From a bacterium (GTDB taxonomy: Bacteria; Sysuimicrobiota; Sysuimicrobiia; Sysuimicrobiales; Kaftiobacteriaceae): 38,229 bases of DNA. This document shows, piece after piece, positions 38,167-38,229 of the stretch (the stretch's first letter is position 1; each line of letters begins with the position of its first letter). The stretch covers positions 1 to 38,229 of the forward strand of contig DATLZI010000127.1 in assembly GCA_035574075.1 (NCBI GenBank), written 5' to 3'. The notes under the pieces were generated by a model. That model ran no database searches. It was not told the DNA's origin and worked only from the letters and a program-made list of their open reading frames with translations. A program made the translations under genes and the position numbers.

Positions 38167-38229
38167 GCACGGCCTCCACGGCGCCGCCGGCGACGCGGTA
38201 GGACACCGCGCCCTCCGGCAGCGGCGGGG
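38150..38229 (-). CDS. recF: RecF C-terminal fragment (gene runs off the right edge)
   Basis: Hand translation gives ...PPLPEGAVSYRVAGGAVEAVHAHRA-stop (TAG 38152..38150), resembling the usual RecF C-terminus (..F.V..G.V..). The position upstream of DUF721/remB/gyrB supports the call. It is too short for firm assignment. Confidence 0.45.
   Translation of the reverse strand, partial: PPLPEGAVSYRVAGGAVEAVHAHRA

Overview
Very GC-rich window (I estimate about 70% GC by eye, not computed). It is almost entirely coding, and 42 of the 43 gene calls lie on the minus strand. All coordinates and motif positions were worked out by hand from the sequence and ORF track; no database search was possible.

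Read in the direction of transcription (right to left), the window contains:
- The origin-proximal block: recF (3' end), DUF721/DciA-like, remB (DUF370), gyrB, gyrA.
- A housekeeping run: M50 protease, GNAT, AlaX, Zn-ribbon protein, HExxH peptidase, histidine phosphatase.
- The only plus-strand gene, a GPH-family MFS transporter.
- A roughly 13 kb tightly coupled operon: tctC (frameshifted)-tctB-tctA-ALDH-cupin-aroD-Zn-ADH-ThDP enzyme-IclR-family III CoA-transferase-truncated citrate-synthase-like lyase-aroK/aroB fusion.
- The rest of the shikimate pathway: aroE-aroC-a second aroK/aroB fusion-aroH-aroA.
- A MoxR-DUF58-DUF4129 module and a small conserved ORF.
- A sigma-A type promoter and a Trp-specifier (UGG) T-box leader driving aroF (DAHP synthase)-tyrA-trpE-trpG-trpD-trpC (5' end).

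The T-box, AroH-type chorismate mutase, RemB and extended -10 promoters suggest a high-GC Firmicute-like lineage (Symbiobacterium/Thermaerobacter/Limnochordia-like). That placement is inference only.

No rRNA, tRNA, CRISPR array or mobile element was seen.

Most interesting candidates:
1. The transporter/dehydrogenase/dehydratase/ThDP/cupin/ALDH/CoA-transferase/lyase operon with aroD and an aroKB paralogue embedded in it. It could be an iol-like catabolic or salvage route for a hydroaromatic or tricarboxylic acid.
2. The CoA-transferase plus mini citrate synthase pair, a possible ATP-independent citryl-CoA-type cleavage module.
3. Two AroK-AroB fusions with reciprocal erosion of catalytic motifs.
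4. A Trp T-box that also controls the common-pathway and Tyr-branch genes.
5. DciA-like and RemB genes together between recF and gyrB.
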